NCBI RefSeq assembly: GCF_006345805.1
Contig: NC_043014.1
Coordinates: forward strand, 12,152,001-12,216,000
Origin: Octopus sinensis
Taxonomy: Eukaryota
Direction: 5' to 3'
DNA: 64,000 nt
The translations under genes were made by a program, and so were the position numbers. Under the pieces are notes generated by a model. That model saw nothing but the letters and a program-made list of their open reading frames with translations. It searched no databases and was not told where the DNA came from. Below, one piece after another: positions 1 through 12,446 of this stretch. The number at the start of each line of letters is the position of its first letter. Position 1 is the stretch's first letter.

Positions 1-195
1 ATATCCCATGTTTGAAAAGCTGTGTGAATTAGAAAATGATTCAACGGAACTATTGACAAACGTCCAGGCGTTATATCTACGAAAGAGTGTATCCTTCCAC
101 TACGGAATGAGAGATTGTTCTATGAAATCATTTAAAAGCCAATATCTATAATGGTAAAGACGTCCTTCGCTTATGAAGCACCATCCAATTGCACC

Positions 196-470
196 TCGAA
201 AGTTATTTTCCGAAACACAAGTCCAGGCAAGGTTGTTTATGGAAGACCAGCAGTCGCCCATGCATACCGGCCACCCCTCTCCACACCACCGATGTTGTCC
301 AGGGGAAAGGCAAAGGGGCTGATACAGCAAGGCAACAGTGACGTCGCAACTCATTTCTACAGCTGAATGAACTGGAGCAACGTGAAATAAAGTGTCTTGC
401 TCAAGAACACAACACGCAGCCCGGTCCGGGAATCGAATTCACTATCTCATGATTGTGAGCTCGATGCTCA
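196..470 (-). mobile_element. tRNA-like SINE, family D body with a distinct tail (5' degraded)
   Basis: Shares the GTGTTCTTGAGCAAGACACTTTATTTCACGTTGCTCCAGT..ACTCAGCT body with copies at 17256-17584 and 18733-18990; the tail differs. Confidence 0.65.
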
Positions 471-495
471 CAAAGAATATTCACCTCAAAGAATA

Positions 496-713
496 CAGTA
501 ATTCCTCACCATATCGCGGTTCACACTATCCCGGTTTATTATTTAAGCTTACGTCGATTCCTCTGTGGTAGTGTTTTGCATTTATAATAAAATAAATATA
601 TACAAATTATAAAAATAATTTTTAAAAATATACATTACAGTACAGTTTCTACTTCATAGATTTTTACCAATCGCGTGGTGTTTGGAACACCCGCGATAGT
701 CGAGGGATTACTG
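496..713. mobile_element. Tigger/pogo-like MITE
   Basis: Imperfect TIRs CAGTAATTCCTCACCATATCGCGG / CCGCGATAGTCGAGGGATTACTG with TA on both sides (494-495, 714-715). Confidence 0.75.
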
Positions 714-1353
714 TATATCGAAAACGGCTTATGAATTTAGTAGCTACAACTAAAATATTGATTTCAAATTTTAGCTCAAGTCCAGCATTTTCGGAGAAGC
801 GGGTAAGTCGATTACATCGACACCAGTGCTCAACAGGCACTTATTTCATCAACCCCGAAAGAACGAAAGGTAAAGTCGATCCAGGGGAAATTTTAACTCA
901 GAACCTAACGACAGACATAAAATGTTTATCTCAAGTTATATCATACTGATGATTTCCGAAAAGAATAAAATAGTGCTATACATGATTATAACTAACAAGA
1001 AATTTTAGGAAGTTCGTAATAATTCAGCAACAAAAGAATTTAATATATATATATTATGCATCTTTTCCGTCATTCATAAATTTCAAAGTTCAACTTCTAT
1101 TTCCACCAAATATTGTTTCAAATTTTGGTATGAGGACAAATTTTGGTGTAAGGGAAAATCGATTACATAGACCCTAGTACTTGATTGGTGCATATTTTAT
1201 CAACCTGGAAAGACAAGGTCGACCTCTGAAACAGGGTTCAATTGGTCTTATTATACTTCAAATATTCAACAATTAGAAAACAAGAATATTGAATTCCTTA
1301 AGAAATTATCATTAGGGAGCCTAGAAAATGAGATGCTTTGATATTCATGTCTC

Positions 1354-1768
1354 GGATCTTTTCGGTTTGAACGGTAGTTTTTTCTAGCGGTGTCATATGA
1401 AATTTTCTCCCATAATTATGACCCTAGTATCGATCTATTGCATTTCAATCTGATTTAGAGTTAGGGTTAGGGGTGGGGGAGGGGTATCTTTTTTCTTCAC
1501 AAATGTAAATAAACCCAATCTGTTTCTTAAACGAGGGACATATTCATACGACACAGAATGTTTTTTATCTCAATAGACGTCACTGATTGGTTGAAATTGA
1601 AGAAATTGAAGAAAAAAAACAACAAATATCTTACAAACCATAGAATTTTCTCAATAAAGCCAAGAGAAAAAGATGTTTTATAAACACATTCTACCAGTAT
1701 ACGAAGTTTAACATTTTTTATTTACCTAGAAATTATGTGAAAAACTGCCGTTCAAACCGAAAAGATCT
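1354..1768. mobile_element. Non-autonomous DNA transposon (MITE) with GGATC termini and 8-9 bp TSD (Merlin- or Mutator-like)
   Basis: TIRs GGATCTTTTCGGTTTGAACGGTAGTTTTT / AAAAACTGCCGTTCAAACCGAAAAGATC; flanking direct repeat (T)CATGTCTC at 1345-1353 and 1768-1776. Confidence 0.85.
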
Positions 1769-2009
1769 CATGTCTCTCTCAAGAACATAGGAATTAAAAT
1801 GAAGAAAGAATTAGTCACTTGGAAGTTGTTCCCATTACTTCTTCATGTCAAGCAACTCGTCACCAAAACAAAAACAAATCTGTGAACAGTCGTTGATAAG
1901 ATTTTGATGAGGATCTTCTGAAAATCTATCAGAAGGAGAAGCAAAACAGGGATTGCTTTGTCTGCGCTCTCAAGACAAAAAGTCTACTTTGAAAATCATC
2001 AAGCACACA

Positions 2010-2292
2010 CAAATACACATACACGCAAACACATACACATATACACACATACATACACACGTTCACACATACAGATGTACATGTGTGCTTGTGTAAGTGT
2101 GCGTGTGTATGTGTTTGTACACATGTATGAGTGTTATATATATATATATATATATGCACGGATATGTATGTGTATGTACATATATGTATATGTACATATA
2201 TATATGTACATATATGTATATGTACATATATATATGTACATATATATACACACACACATATATATATATATGTATGTATATATATATGTGTG

Positions 2293-2334
<42 letters not shown>

Positions 2335-2382
2335 GTATATATATATATATACATATATATATGCTATATGTATATATATATA

Positions 2383-2417
<35 letters not shown>

Positions 2418-2585
2418 GATATATATATATACATATATATATACATATATATGTATATGTACATATATATATATACACATGCACATGTATACACACCCAC
2501 GCACACACATACATAGGAGAGACGTCTACGTATGTGTGTGTGTGTGTTAGCATGTGTGTGTGTGTACATGCGTCTGTGTGAGTGT
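2010..2585. repeat. (TA)n/(CA)n compound microsatellite
   Basis: Direct inspection; source of spurious Y/I/C/V-rich ORFs. Confidence 0.95.
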
Positions 2586-2898
2586 GTATTTCTTAGGAAA
2601 TGAACTTGCCCATAATAATATCAGACCGTCAAGATAGGATTTAATCATTTAAGCGACATCAATAAAGTAAAAAAAAAAAAAAAGATGAAAAACACGTTTA
2701 AAAACTTAATTTCTGAAACACCAAATCAACAACTAACCAAACAAAAACTTTGTAAAACAACGCAAATAAAAAGGGTCAAAGACTGATGAAAAACACCCTA
2801 TAACGAATAATAAACAAAAGGATTAAGGGATCATAGAAAACATACTTTCGAAGTGTAAACTTGATCGGGTTTTTTTTTCTTCCGGTTGTGTTACAATA

Positions 2899-3304
2899 TA
2901 CTCTCTTTACTCTTTTACTTGTTTCAGTCAGTTGACTGCGGCCATGCTGGAGCACCGCCTTTAGTCGAGCAACTCGACCCCGGGACTTATTCTTTGTAAG
3001 CCCAGTACTTATTCTATCGGTCTCTTTTGCCGAACCGCTAAGTGACGGGGACATAAACACACCAGCATCGGTTGTCAAACAATGTTGGGGGGACAAACAC
3101 AGACACACAAACACACACACATACATATATATATATATACATACATATATACGACGGGCTTCTTTCAGTTTCCGTCTACCAAATCCACTCACAAGGCTTT
3201 GGTCGGCCCGAGTAGAAGACACTTGCCCAAGGTGCCACGCAGTGGGACTGAACTCGGAACCATGTGACTGGTAAGCAAGCTACTTACCACACAGCCACTC
3301 CTGC
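2899..3304 (-). mobile_element. SINE family B (GGAGTGGCTGTGTGGTAAG head, internal TA/TG microsatellite, (GTAAAAGA)n tail)
   Basis: Full-length copy of a family with roughly 20 or more full or partial copies in the window. It has A/B-box-like motifs and ACCTTGGGCAAGT, reminiscent of CORE/V-type SINE domains. Confidence 0.85.
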
Positions 3305-3511
3305 GGTATAAATTTTGTATATGTATGTATATGAATGTATACACACAAATTTTATATATTCTAGTAGTTTCTGTAATTGGACTAAGACCATGCTGGAGCC
3401 ACGACTCGAAAAGTGTAGTCAGACAAATCGACTACACTTAATTTATTCTATCTGTCTCTTTCGCCGAACCGCTAATTCACTGGGACTTTAACAAACCAGC
3501 ACCGGTCGTCA

Positions 3512-3624
3512 AACACATACACACACGCACACGCACACACACACACACACACATACACACACATACATACACACATACATACATACATACATACATACAT
3601 ACATACATACATACATACACACAC

Positions 3625-3659
<35 letters not shown>

Positions 3660-3668
3660 TACATACAT

Positions 3669-3700
<32 letters not shown>

Positions 3701-3761
3701 TACATACATAAATACATACATACATACATACACACACACATACATACATAAATACATACAT

Positions 3762-3794
<33 letters not shown>

Positions 3795-3807
3795 TACATA
3801 CATAAAT

Positions 3808-3838
<31 letters not shown>

Positions 3839-4003
3839 TACATACATAAATACATACATACATACATACATACATACATACATACACACACACACATACA
3901 TACATAAATACATACATACATACATACACACACACATACATACATAAATACATACATACATACATACATACATACATACATACACACACACATACATACA
4001 TAA

Positions 4004-4034
<31 letters not shown>

Positions 4035-4584
4035 CATACATACATACATGCATGCATGCATACATACATACATACATATATACATACATACATACATGCA
4101 TGCATGCATACATACATAATACATACATACATACATACATACATACATGCAGCATGCATCATACATACATACATGCATACATGCATGCATGCATGCATAC
4201 ATACATAATACATACATACATACAACATACATACATACACACCACATACATACATAAATACATACATACATACATACATACATACATACACACACACACA
4301 TACATACATAACATACATACATACATACATACATATATACATACATACATACATGCATGCATGCATACATACATACATACATATATACATACATACATAC
4401 ATGCATGCATGCATACATACATACATACATACATACATACATACATGCATGCATGCATGCATACATACATACATACATACATACATACATACATGCATGC
4501 ATGCATACATACATACATACATAAATACATACATACAGACAGACAGACAGACAGACAGACATACATAAATACATACAGACATAC
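3512..4584. repeat. About 1.07 kb (CATA)n/(CATG)n/(CA)n microsatellite
   Basis: Direct inspection; explains the 227-382 aa MYVC-repeat ORFs. Confidence 0.95.
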
Positions 4585-4585
4585 A

Positions 4586-4981
4586 GGAGTGGCTTTGTGG
4601 TAAGAAGTTTGCTTCCCAACCACATGGTTTAAGATTCAGTCCCACTCCGTAGCACCTTGGTCGAGTGTCTTCTACTATAGCCTCGGGCCGACCAAAGCCT
4701 TGTGAATAAATTTGGTTGATGGAAACTGAAAGAAGCGCGTCTTATATGCGTATGTATGTATGTTTGTGAGTGTGTCTGTGCTTTTTCCCTCACCATCGCT
4801 TGACAACCGATGCTGGTATGTTTATGCCCACGTAACTTAGCGCCTCGGCAAAAGAAACCGATACAATAAGTAATAGGCTTACAAAGAATAAGTCCTGGGG
4901 TCGATTTGTTCGACTAAAGGCGGTGCTCCAGCCTGGCCGCAGTCAAATGACTGAAACAAGTAAAAGAATAAAAGAATAAAT
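4586..4981 (+). mobile_element. SINE family B
   Basis: Colinear with the reverse complement of 2899-3304. Confidence 0.85.
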
Positions 4982-5787
4982 ACTTTATGTATGTATGTAT
5001 ACTCGACGGGCTTCTACACAATTTCTGTGAATGAAATCCAGGCAAAAAACATTTTGGGGTCCAGGTTTGAACCCGAAACCACTCAGTTACAAAGCAAGCT
5101 TCTTTACCACACAGTCATGCCTGTGCCTATTCTTTCATTCATTTATTTATTTATTTAGTTATGTTATGTAGTAATTTGAGAACATTTGCGTCGTTGCTTA
5201 GCGGTTTCCAACTCTAGTTTAGAAGACGATGAGAGAGATAAAAGAGAGCAGAACTCGATGTAAGAGACTTGGTTCGTTAACCAACTCAATTTCGCTATTC
5301 TAAGTGATGTTTATACCTCACACAAATATAACTCGGTGGTATATATACATTCACACAAGACACACACACACAGCGCTATCTATTTCTCTCTCTCTCTCTC
5401 TCTCTCCCGGAATATATATATATCTGTATTTTTTTGTTTCAGTTATTTGACTGTGGCCATGCTGGAGCACCGCCTTTAGTCGAGCAAATCGACCCCAGGA
5501 CTTATTCTTTGTAAACCAAGTACTTATTCTATCAGTCTCTTTTTGCCGAACCGCTAAGTTACGGAGACGTAAACACACCAGTGGTCAAGCATATTAAAAA
5601 TCTGAAGTTTCAGAAAAAATTATATTACATACATATAAGTGGGATGACCTGTAAGTGGACATCCATTATGCTAGAAGAAGATCCACTATGGTCTTAACAC
5701 TAAGAAAGGAATGTTCTCAAGAAAAATTTAGCAAACGCCAAAACGTAAACGAGCAAGATAAATGAAAAGATACAAAATATAGATACA

Positions 5788-5955
5788 ATTTACAGAACTC
5801 ATTGTAAGGAAAAATATTTTTACGATTTAGATGATGTCAAAATGCATCCAGATAACTTTTTTTCTTCAAAACCAGTCAAATTTTATGCTGATGGAATATT
5901 TAAATTGTTTGATAGATGGGCAAATATTAATAATAATGGAAATTTATTGAAATTT
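5788..5955 (+). pseudogene. Decayed mariner transposase C-terminal fragment
   Basis: Translates with a stop and a frameshift as LQNSL*GK..YDLDDVKMHPDNFFSSKPVKFYADGIFKLFDRWANINNNG, similar to the mariner C-terminus at 62072-62344. Confidence 0.7.
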
Positions 5956-6686
5956 ATTGAAAGGTCAATTATTTATATGTAAAGAATTAAATAATCACAC
6001 ACACACACACACACACACACACAACGACAACGAGTTTCCGCACAATTTTCATTTACCAAACCCTACTCAAGAAAGACACTTTACCAAGATGTCGGACTGT
6101 AATATCAACCCCAGCCCCTTAAGGTTGCGAAACAAGCTTCTTAGCTACATTGCCATGCGTGCAGCTCAATACCATACAAGGTACCACAGATAGTGATTCT
6201 GTTGATTCCCAGAGAAGGCCTTTTTGCTACCTACATCAGGTCCAAGGTGTCGATGGTCAGCTATAATCAACTGACAACGAAAGACCTCCCCCCACCTACC
6301 ACTCCACTATCTCACCCGCTCCTCGCCCAAGCAATTATTCGCCTGTGTAGACAGGTTTGGCCTACAGCTCCCTGAGACTGCAGTGAATCGATAACAGCTG
6401 GATTGAAGAGAACTACAAGTTAACGAAGCTTTCGGGGAGGCTTCTACGAAGTGGCTCAACCTATCAGAAATAACAGCCAGCTCTTCTTCAAATTAAAGTC
6501 CACGTCCTGAGTTGAAATTCTGCCGAAAATGCTGAATATATAATACCTGGGGAGACTGGGGGTAGCCACGGATGGAATACCATAGATCTAAAGGGATAGC
6601 CAGAGCTGGAATACCATTGGTCTAAAGTCTGATCGGCGATTGCAACCTTAAAGCAAAGAGCAATAAGGAAAACAGAACAAGGTATC

Positions 6687-7264
6687 CTTTTCTTTTCTTT
6701 TCTACTCTAGGCACAGGACTCAACAATTTTGGGGAAGGGGTTGGTCGATTAGATCGATCTCAGTACGCAACTGGTACTTAATTTATCAACCCCGAAAGGA
6801 TGAAAGGCAAAGTCGACCTCGGTGGAATTTGAACTCAGAACGTCACAACTAAACGCCGTTCCGTTGCATGGTTCAAGGGCTACAATTCTGAGAGAAGGAA
6901 ACAGGTCGACTACATGGACCGCAGTATTAGACTGGGACTTTATTTTATCAACCCTCAAGAGGTTAAAGCAAAGTTGACCTCAGTGGGGTTTAAACTCAGA
7001 ACGTAAAAAAAAAACCGAAGAAATACCTATTTCTTTCCTACCCACAAGGGGCTAAAAACAGAGGGGACAAACAAGGACAGACACACGGATTAAGTCGATT
7101 ATATCGACCTCAGTGTGTAACTGGTACTTATTTAATCGACCCCGTGAGGATGAAAGGCAAAGTCGACCTCGGCGGAATTTGAACTCAGAACGTAACGGCA
7201 GACGAAAAACCGCTAAGCATTTCGCCCAGCGTGCTAACCATTCTGCCAGTTCGCCGCCATAAGG
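6687..7264 (-). mobile_element. SINE family A multimer (about 3 units) within a single TSD
   Basis: Repeated GTCGACTTTGCCTTTCATCCTTTCGGGGTCGAT core; AGAACAAGGTATC at 6674-6686 and 7265-7277. Confidence 0.8.
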
Positions 7265-8147
7265 AGAACAAGGTATCATTCATTAGTATACGTTGAACTT
7301 TACTTTAATTAGAGATGAATTGTTTATAAGCATGGTATTTGTTATATCTAGAGAGAAAGCTCTGTGTGAGATAGCGTGTGGGTAATGTGTTGCACTCACG
7401 ATTGCAAGGTTGTGATTTCGATACCCACGTTCAGCTATGAGTTGCGTTCTTGGGTAAAACATTTCTTTTCACTTTGCTCCAGCCCACTCATCTCTAAATG
7501 AGAAATTCTGTGACAGATTGGCATGCCATTCAAGGAGATCGTTCTGATCTCAATCACATATACATCATAGAACCCGGGTAACTGACCCTAAGGTCCAAGA
7601 CACAAATATTCAGGGATTACCTTTACTTTTTCTCTTTTTTTTTTACGGCTGTGTCGGAGTAGGATAGAACAAGTGACGGGATATTTACGCTTCAATTTCG
7701 AAGCCCTAATCAACCGTAACCCTAACCTTAACTCTAACCCAAACCTCAACCTTAATATACGATGTCCTCGTCCTAAGTTGCCAGCGTTAATAAGAAATTA
7801 CAACAAAAATGAGAGCTTTACTATTTAAAACAGGGCGCCCACTTTTAGCGTTTGGTTTGTATTTAAAAGAAATACTCTTAAAGAGTCGCTTTATTGTAAG
7901 AAAACCACTTGCTTTATGGCTATTTAATTTCGTCGTTTCTACGAAAAGTGATGATGTGTCAGCCTTAATTATTACTCTGTCTGTCAGAGGACGGAGCAGG
8001 TGTTAATATGTTAGAAAAGAAAAGCAAAAAAAAAAAAAGGTAAGAAAAACGTTGGTGAGATTTTAATCAGACGACCGTGATATGTTCTGACTTAGTGTTT
8101 CCGAGATAATTTTCCCATTTACTAATAAACTAATGAAGTCCGGATAT

Positions 8148-8195
<48 letters not shown>

Positions 8196-9183
8196 GAAGA
8201 AAGAAAGAAAGGAAGGAAGAAAGGAAGAGAAAAAGAAAGAGTGAGAGAGAGAGAATGATGATTTTATAGAATGAAATACAGGATTTAGCAATGTTTTTTT
8301 CCGTCCATATCATTATATCAGCGTCTTTCCTGTCATTGCTATTTGACGCTTCCAATTCACAGACGATCCTTACCATTTCAAACTCTATCTAATTTATCCT
8401 TCAAGTTTTCATTGTACATTTAGCATATCGTATCGTTCACATAAGGTTCCAGATGCTGCAGATCGCTTTTTCTTTTTTTTAATCTTCCCCGCCCATCTTT
8501 GGTTTCCATAAAAGATAACACTTTCGCATAAGAATCATGTTGTCTGCTTTATGTGTATTTTGTTTTTAAATCTCTTTTATTCTCCCCTTTTTTTCCCCTC
8601 TTTCTTTCTGTCTTCTTTTTCTTCTGTTGCTCTCACATGTTCAGCAGACATTTCATTTCCCATTCACAATGAATTCTATCCAGAGAGAGAGTTCTCTACA
8701 ATACCCTACACACATCTCGCGCTCATGAAAACGATTAAGTTTTAGAGGAAATAAAATACACACACACACACAGCAGCAGGCATACAGAAACACTTATACA
8801 CTCGCAAACATCTTTCAAAGATCTGTCATAATGTTGTAATTGCTTTGAGGATTGCAAATGCTTAAGATGCCAAATAGTACTTATATAATGACTGAATTTT
8901 AGAGTCTCGGCAATTATCCAAATGCACTAAGGCCCATTTGCTTTCATTAAACGGCTACGTTAAACCCTATTCTTTTCTATTCTAGGTACAAGGCCCGAAA
9001 TTTTTGGGGAGGGGAACCAGTCAATTAGATCGACACCGAAAGGATAAAAAGCAAAGTCGACCACGGTGGAGATTGAACTCAGAACATAAAGGCAGACGAT
9101 ATACGGCTATGGATTTTGCCCGGGGTGCTGACGTCTCTACCAGCTCGCCGCCTTCACATTAAAACCCTTTTTACTACTTTAAG

Positions 9184-9570
9184 GTGGAGGCGCAATGGTC
9201 CAGTGGTTAGGGCAGCGGACTCGCGGTCCTAGGATCGCGGTTTCGATTCCCAGACCGGGCGTTGTGAGTGTTTATTGAGAGAAAACACCTAAAGCTCCAC
9301 GAGGCTCCGGCAGGGATGGTAGTGATCCCTGCTGTACTCTTTCACCACAACTTTCTCTCACTCTTACTCTCTGTTTCTGTTGTACCTGTATTTCAAAGGG
9401 CCGGCCTTGTCACTCTCTGTGTCACGCTGAATATCCCCAAGAACTACGTTAAGGGTACACGTGTCTGTGGAGTGCTCAGCCACTTACACGTTAATTTCAC
9501 GAGCAGGCTGTTTCGTTAATCGGATCAACCGGAACCTTCATCGTCGTAACCGACGGAGTGCTTCCATCCC
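9184..9570 (+). mobile_element. SINE family C (tRNA-like head GTGGAGGCGCAATGGTCCAGTGGTTAGGGCAGCGGACTCGCGG), tail type i
   Basis: A box and B box (GTTTCGATTCC); TSD ACTACTTTAAG(G) at 9173-9184 and 9571-9582. Confidence 0.85.
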
Positions 9571-9595
9571 ACTACTTTAAGGATTTGCACTTCTA

Positions 9596-9813
9596 TGAAT
9601 GGTGTTGAAAAGTTCCTGGCTTTAAGTAAAAGAAAATATGGGAGAATCAGTTAATTATGATTTTATTCAACATATTCCCCTCTCAGATTCACACACTTAT
9701 TGTAGCGGTCGTTCAATCTTTTTCTAAGCCCTATAAAAGAACTCAGAAGTTCGACCCTCCAACCAGCCCTTTCGCGATACCCTTAAACCCAGGAACTTTT
9801 CAGCACCTCTTCG
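9596..9813 (-). mobile_element. 218-bp mariner-derived MITE
   Basis: TIRs of about CGAAGAGGTGCTGAAAAGTTCCTGGG with TA flanks; second copy at 43667-43884; carries the last codons of a mariner transposase. Confidence 0.8.
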
Positions 9814-9951
9814 TATGTCCCCTTCCATTATATTTCAGACGGTTGGGTGTTATTTGAGGGAATTTAACCGTTATTTCTTGCAGATCACTTTGGCTGTATT
9901 ATGAAGAGGACGGTCTTTGTATTACATTAAGTCTATATTTCTCACCATCAA

Positions 9952-10163
9952 GGTGGCGAGCTGGCAGAGTCGTTAGCACGCCGGGCGAAATGCTTTCCGG
10001 TATTTCGTCTGCCGCTACGTTCTGGGTTCAAATTCAGCCGATGTTGACTTTGCCTTTCATCCTTTCGGGGTCGATAAATTAAGTACCAGTTGCGTACTGG
10101 GGTTCATCTAACTGACTGGCCCACTCCCCCAAAATTTCGGGTTTTGTGCCTAGAGTAGAAAAG
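9952..10163 (+). mobile_element. SINE family A monomer
   Basis: Head GGTGGCGAGCTGGCAGA..GTTAGCACG; TSD TATATTTCTCACCATC on both sides. Confidence 0.85.
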
Positions 10164-10766
10164 TATATTTCTCACCATCTCCATCATCATCGCTATAAAA
10201 CACCACAAAAACAAATAACTGCTGCTAAGATAACACTATATCACTAATAGTGGGTTCAAATTTTGGCACAGGGCCAGAGATTTCGGAGAAGGGGCTTAGT
10301 CGGACTTGATGGACTGGTACTTATTTTATCGACCACGAAAAATGAAAAACACAGTTGATTTCGGCAGAATCTGAACTCAGAACCTAAAGACCGGACGAAA
10401 TACCGTAAGCATTTTGCCCCGCCTGCTAACGACCTTGCCATTTCGCCGACTTATAAAAAAGATCAAAGGTCTTTCCCCTAGGTTCATAAGGGCCAGTTTT
10501 CTAGATTCTCTGGTGTATATATTCCCCTGCAGGATGGGATGCCGGTCCGTCGCAGGACTACTCATTTTTGCCAGCCAAGTGGACTGTGGTCAGGAAGCAA
10601 ACTTCCAGCCACACAGCGACACCGACGTCTATGTTCACAATTATGGCCGATTTCACTGAGTACATTTTTTTTTTCTTTTTTTGTGGTGGGAGGTGTAATT
10701 GTTCAACATTTGTATTTTATGCCCTGAGTCTAAAGCCTTATTTCTTTAGTGCAGTTTATCCCCAGT

Positions 10767-11264
10767 ATGTGGAGGCACATGGCCTAGTGGTTAGAGCAGC
10801 GGACTCGCGGTCGAGGGATCGCGGGTTCGAATCTCAGACCGGGCGATGTGTATGTTTATGAGCGAAACGCCTAAGCTTCATGCGGCTCCGGCAGAAGGTA
10901 ATGGCGAACTTCTGCTGACTCTTTCACCACAATTTTCTCTCATTCTTTTCTCCTGCATCTTGCAGCTCCTTCTCGAGCCACGCCTGGCTCATAAGGGCCG
11001 GTTTCCCGGTCTCCTGGGCGTATAGGTTCCCCACCTGGACGGGACGCCGGTCCGTTGCAGGTGAGCTGCAAGATGCAGGAGGAAAGAGTGAGAGAAAGTT
11101 GTGGCGAAAGAGTCAGCAGAAGTTCGCCATTACCTTCTACCGGAGCCGCGTGGAGCTTAGATGTTTCGGTCATAAACACACACATCGCCCAGTCTGAGAT
11201 TCGAACCCACAATCCCTCGACCGCGAGTCCGCTGCTCTAACCACTAGGCCATGTGCCTCCACAT
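10767..11264. repeat. Inverted pair of family C-like SINEs (about 200-bp arms, about 95-bp spacer)
   Basis: 10767-10968 is a near-perfect reverse complement of 11064-11264. Confidence 0.9.
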
Positions 11265-11737
11265 TACCTATGTAGGATGTACGAAAAGTGATCAATCATA
11301 TTCAAGGGGTACGGGGCAATGAAAAGGTTAGGGACCAGTGGTCCAGGAGGCTCCGTCATTGATTCGTGTAGCCGTATGGGTATATTGTGATGATGATGTT
11401 GATAGAAACAGTGGTGAGTGTCATGGTTGGTGGGGAGGAGGTTCGTTTTGTTTGCTAAAGAAGAAAAAGAACGGGGTGGGGGTAAGAAAGGGTAAAAGAA
11501 GCTAAGCCGAAAAGTAATTCAGCTAAAGAATGGTAACTGCGTTTCGTGGGGTGGAGGGTGTGGAAATGGAAGGCGAGGCGAAGGGGGAGACGGTGTAAAA
11601 GGGTTGCCGAGCTTTGATTTAGAAAACCCGAAGCAGTGAGTTGGACGCTTGAGTTCACTTACTAACAAATTACAACAGAAACAGTTGGCAGGGGTTGGCA
11701 ATGAAGAATAAACATGACAGGCGGTCAGAGATTATTT

Positions 11738-11861
11738 GCAGTAGTAGTAGTAGCAGCAGCAGCAGCAGTGGTGGTGGTGGTGGTGGTGGTAGTAGTAGTG
11801 GTGGTGGTGGTGGTGGTGGTGGTGGTGGTGGTGGTGGTGGTGGTGGTGTAGTAGGTAGTAG

Positions 11862-11899
<38 letters not shown>

Positions 11900-11936
11900 G
11901 GTGGTGGTGGTGGTAGCAGTAGTAGTAGTAGTAGTA

Positions 11937-11981
<45 letters not shown>

Positions 11982-12177
11982 CAGCAGCAGCAGCAGCAGC
12001 AGCAGCAGTGGTGGTGGTGGTGGTGGTGGTGGTGGTAGTAGTAGTAGTATAGTAGTAGTAGTAGTGGTGGTGGTGGTGGTGGTGGTGGTGTGGTAGTAGT
12101 GGTGGTGGTGGTGGTGGTGGTGGTAGTAGTAGTATAGTAGTAGTAGTAGTAGTAGTGGTGGTTATGTTGGTGGGGGA

Positions 12178-12215
<38 letters not shown>

Positions 12216-12305
12216 CTGGTGGTGGTGGTGGTAGTGGTGGTGGTGGTGGTGGTGGTGGTGGTGGTGGTGGTGGTGGTGGTGGTGGTGGTAGTGATAGTAG
12301 TAGTA
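11738..12305. repeat. (GTG)n/(GTA)n/(GCA)n trinucleotide mosaic
   Basis: Direct inspection; explains the poly-T/H/Y/P ORF at 11732-12427. Confidence 0.95.
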
Positions 12306-12446
12306 AGGAAGGATGAGAAATTGTTTTTAGAATAGAATGTGAGAAAAGTTAGTTGTATTGACCCAAGTATGTGACTGGTACTTGATTTTATTTCCCCCTG
12401 AGAAATGAAGGCGAAAATAATCAACAAAAGGTTGTAATTTTAAATA

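Noticed and set aside
3472-4645. Long ORFs of 227-382 aa (MYVC repeats), and similar ORFs at 2, 14, 24, 43, 51, 55 and 63 kb
   Set aside because: Translations of stop-free microsatellites, open in several frames on both strands.
7703-7756. Telomeric repeats (CCCTAA-like; also TTAGGG near 1455-1475)
   Set aside because: Few and degenerate; the 1455 copy is inside a MITE.
8374-8455. Possible minus-strand exon ending at GTAAG
   Set aside because: Purine-rich acceptor region and stops in all three frames.
9184-9260. tRNA genes at SINE heads (families A-D)
   Set aside because: They have A/B boxes but no complete cloverleaf and continue into shared SINE bodies.
11732-12427. 231-aa poly-T/H/Y/C ORF
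   Set aside because: Trinucleotide microsatellite mosaic.
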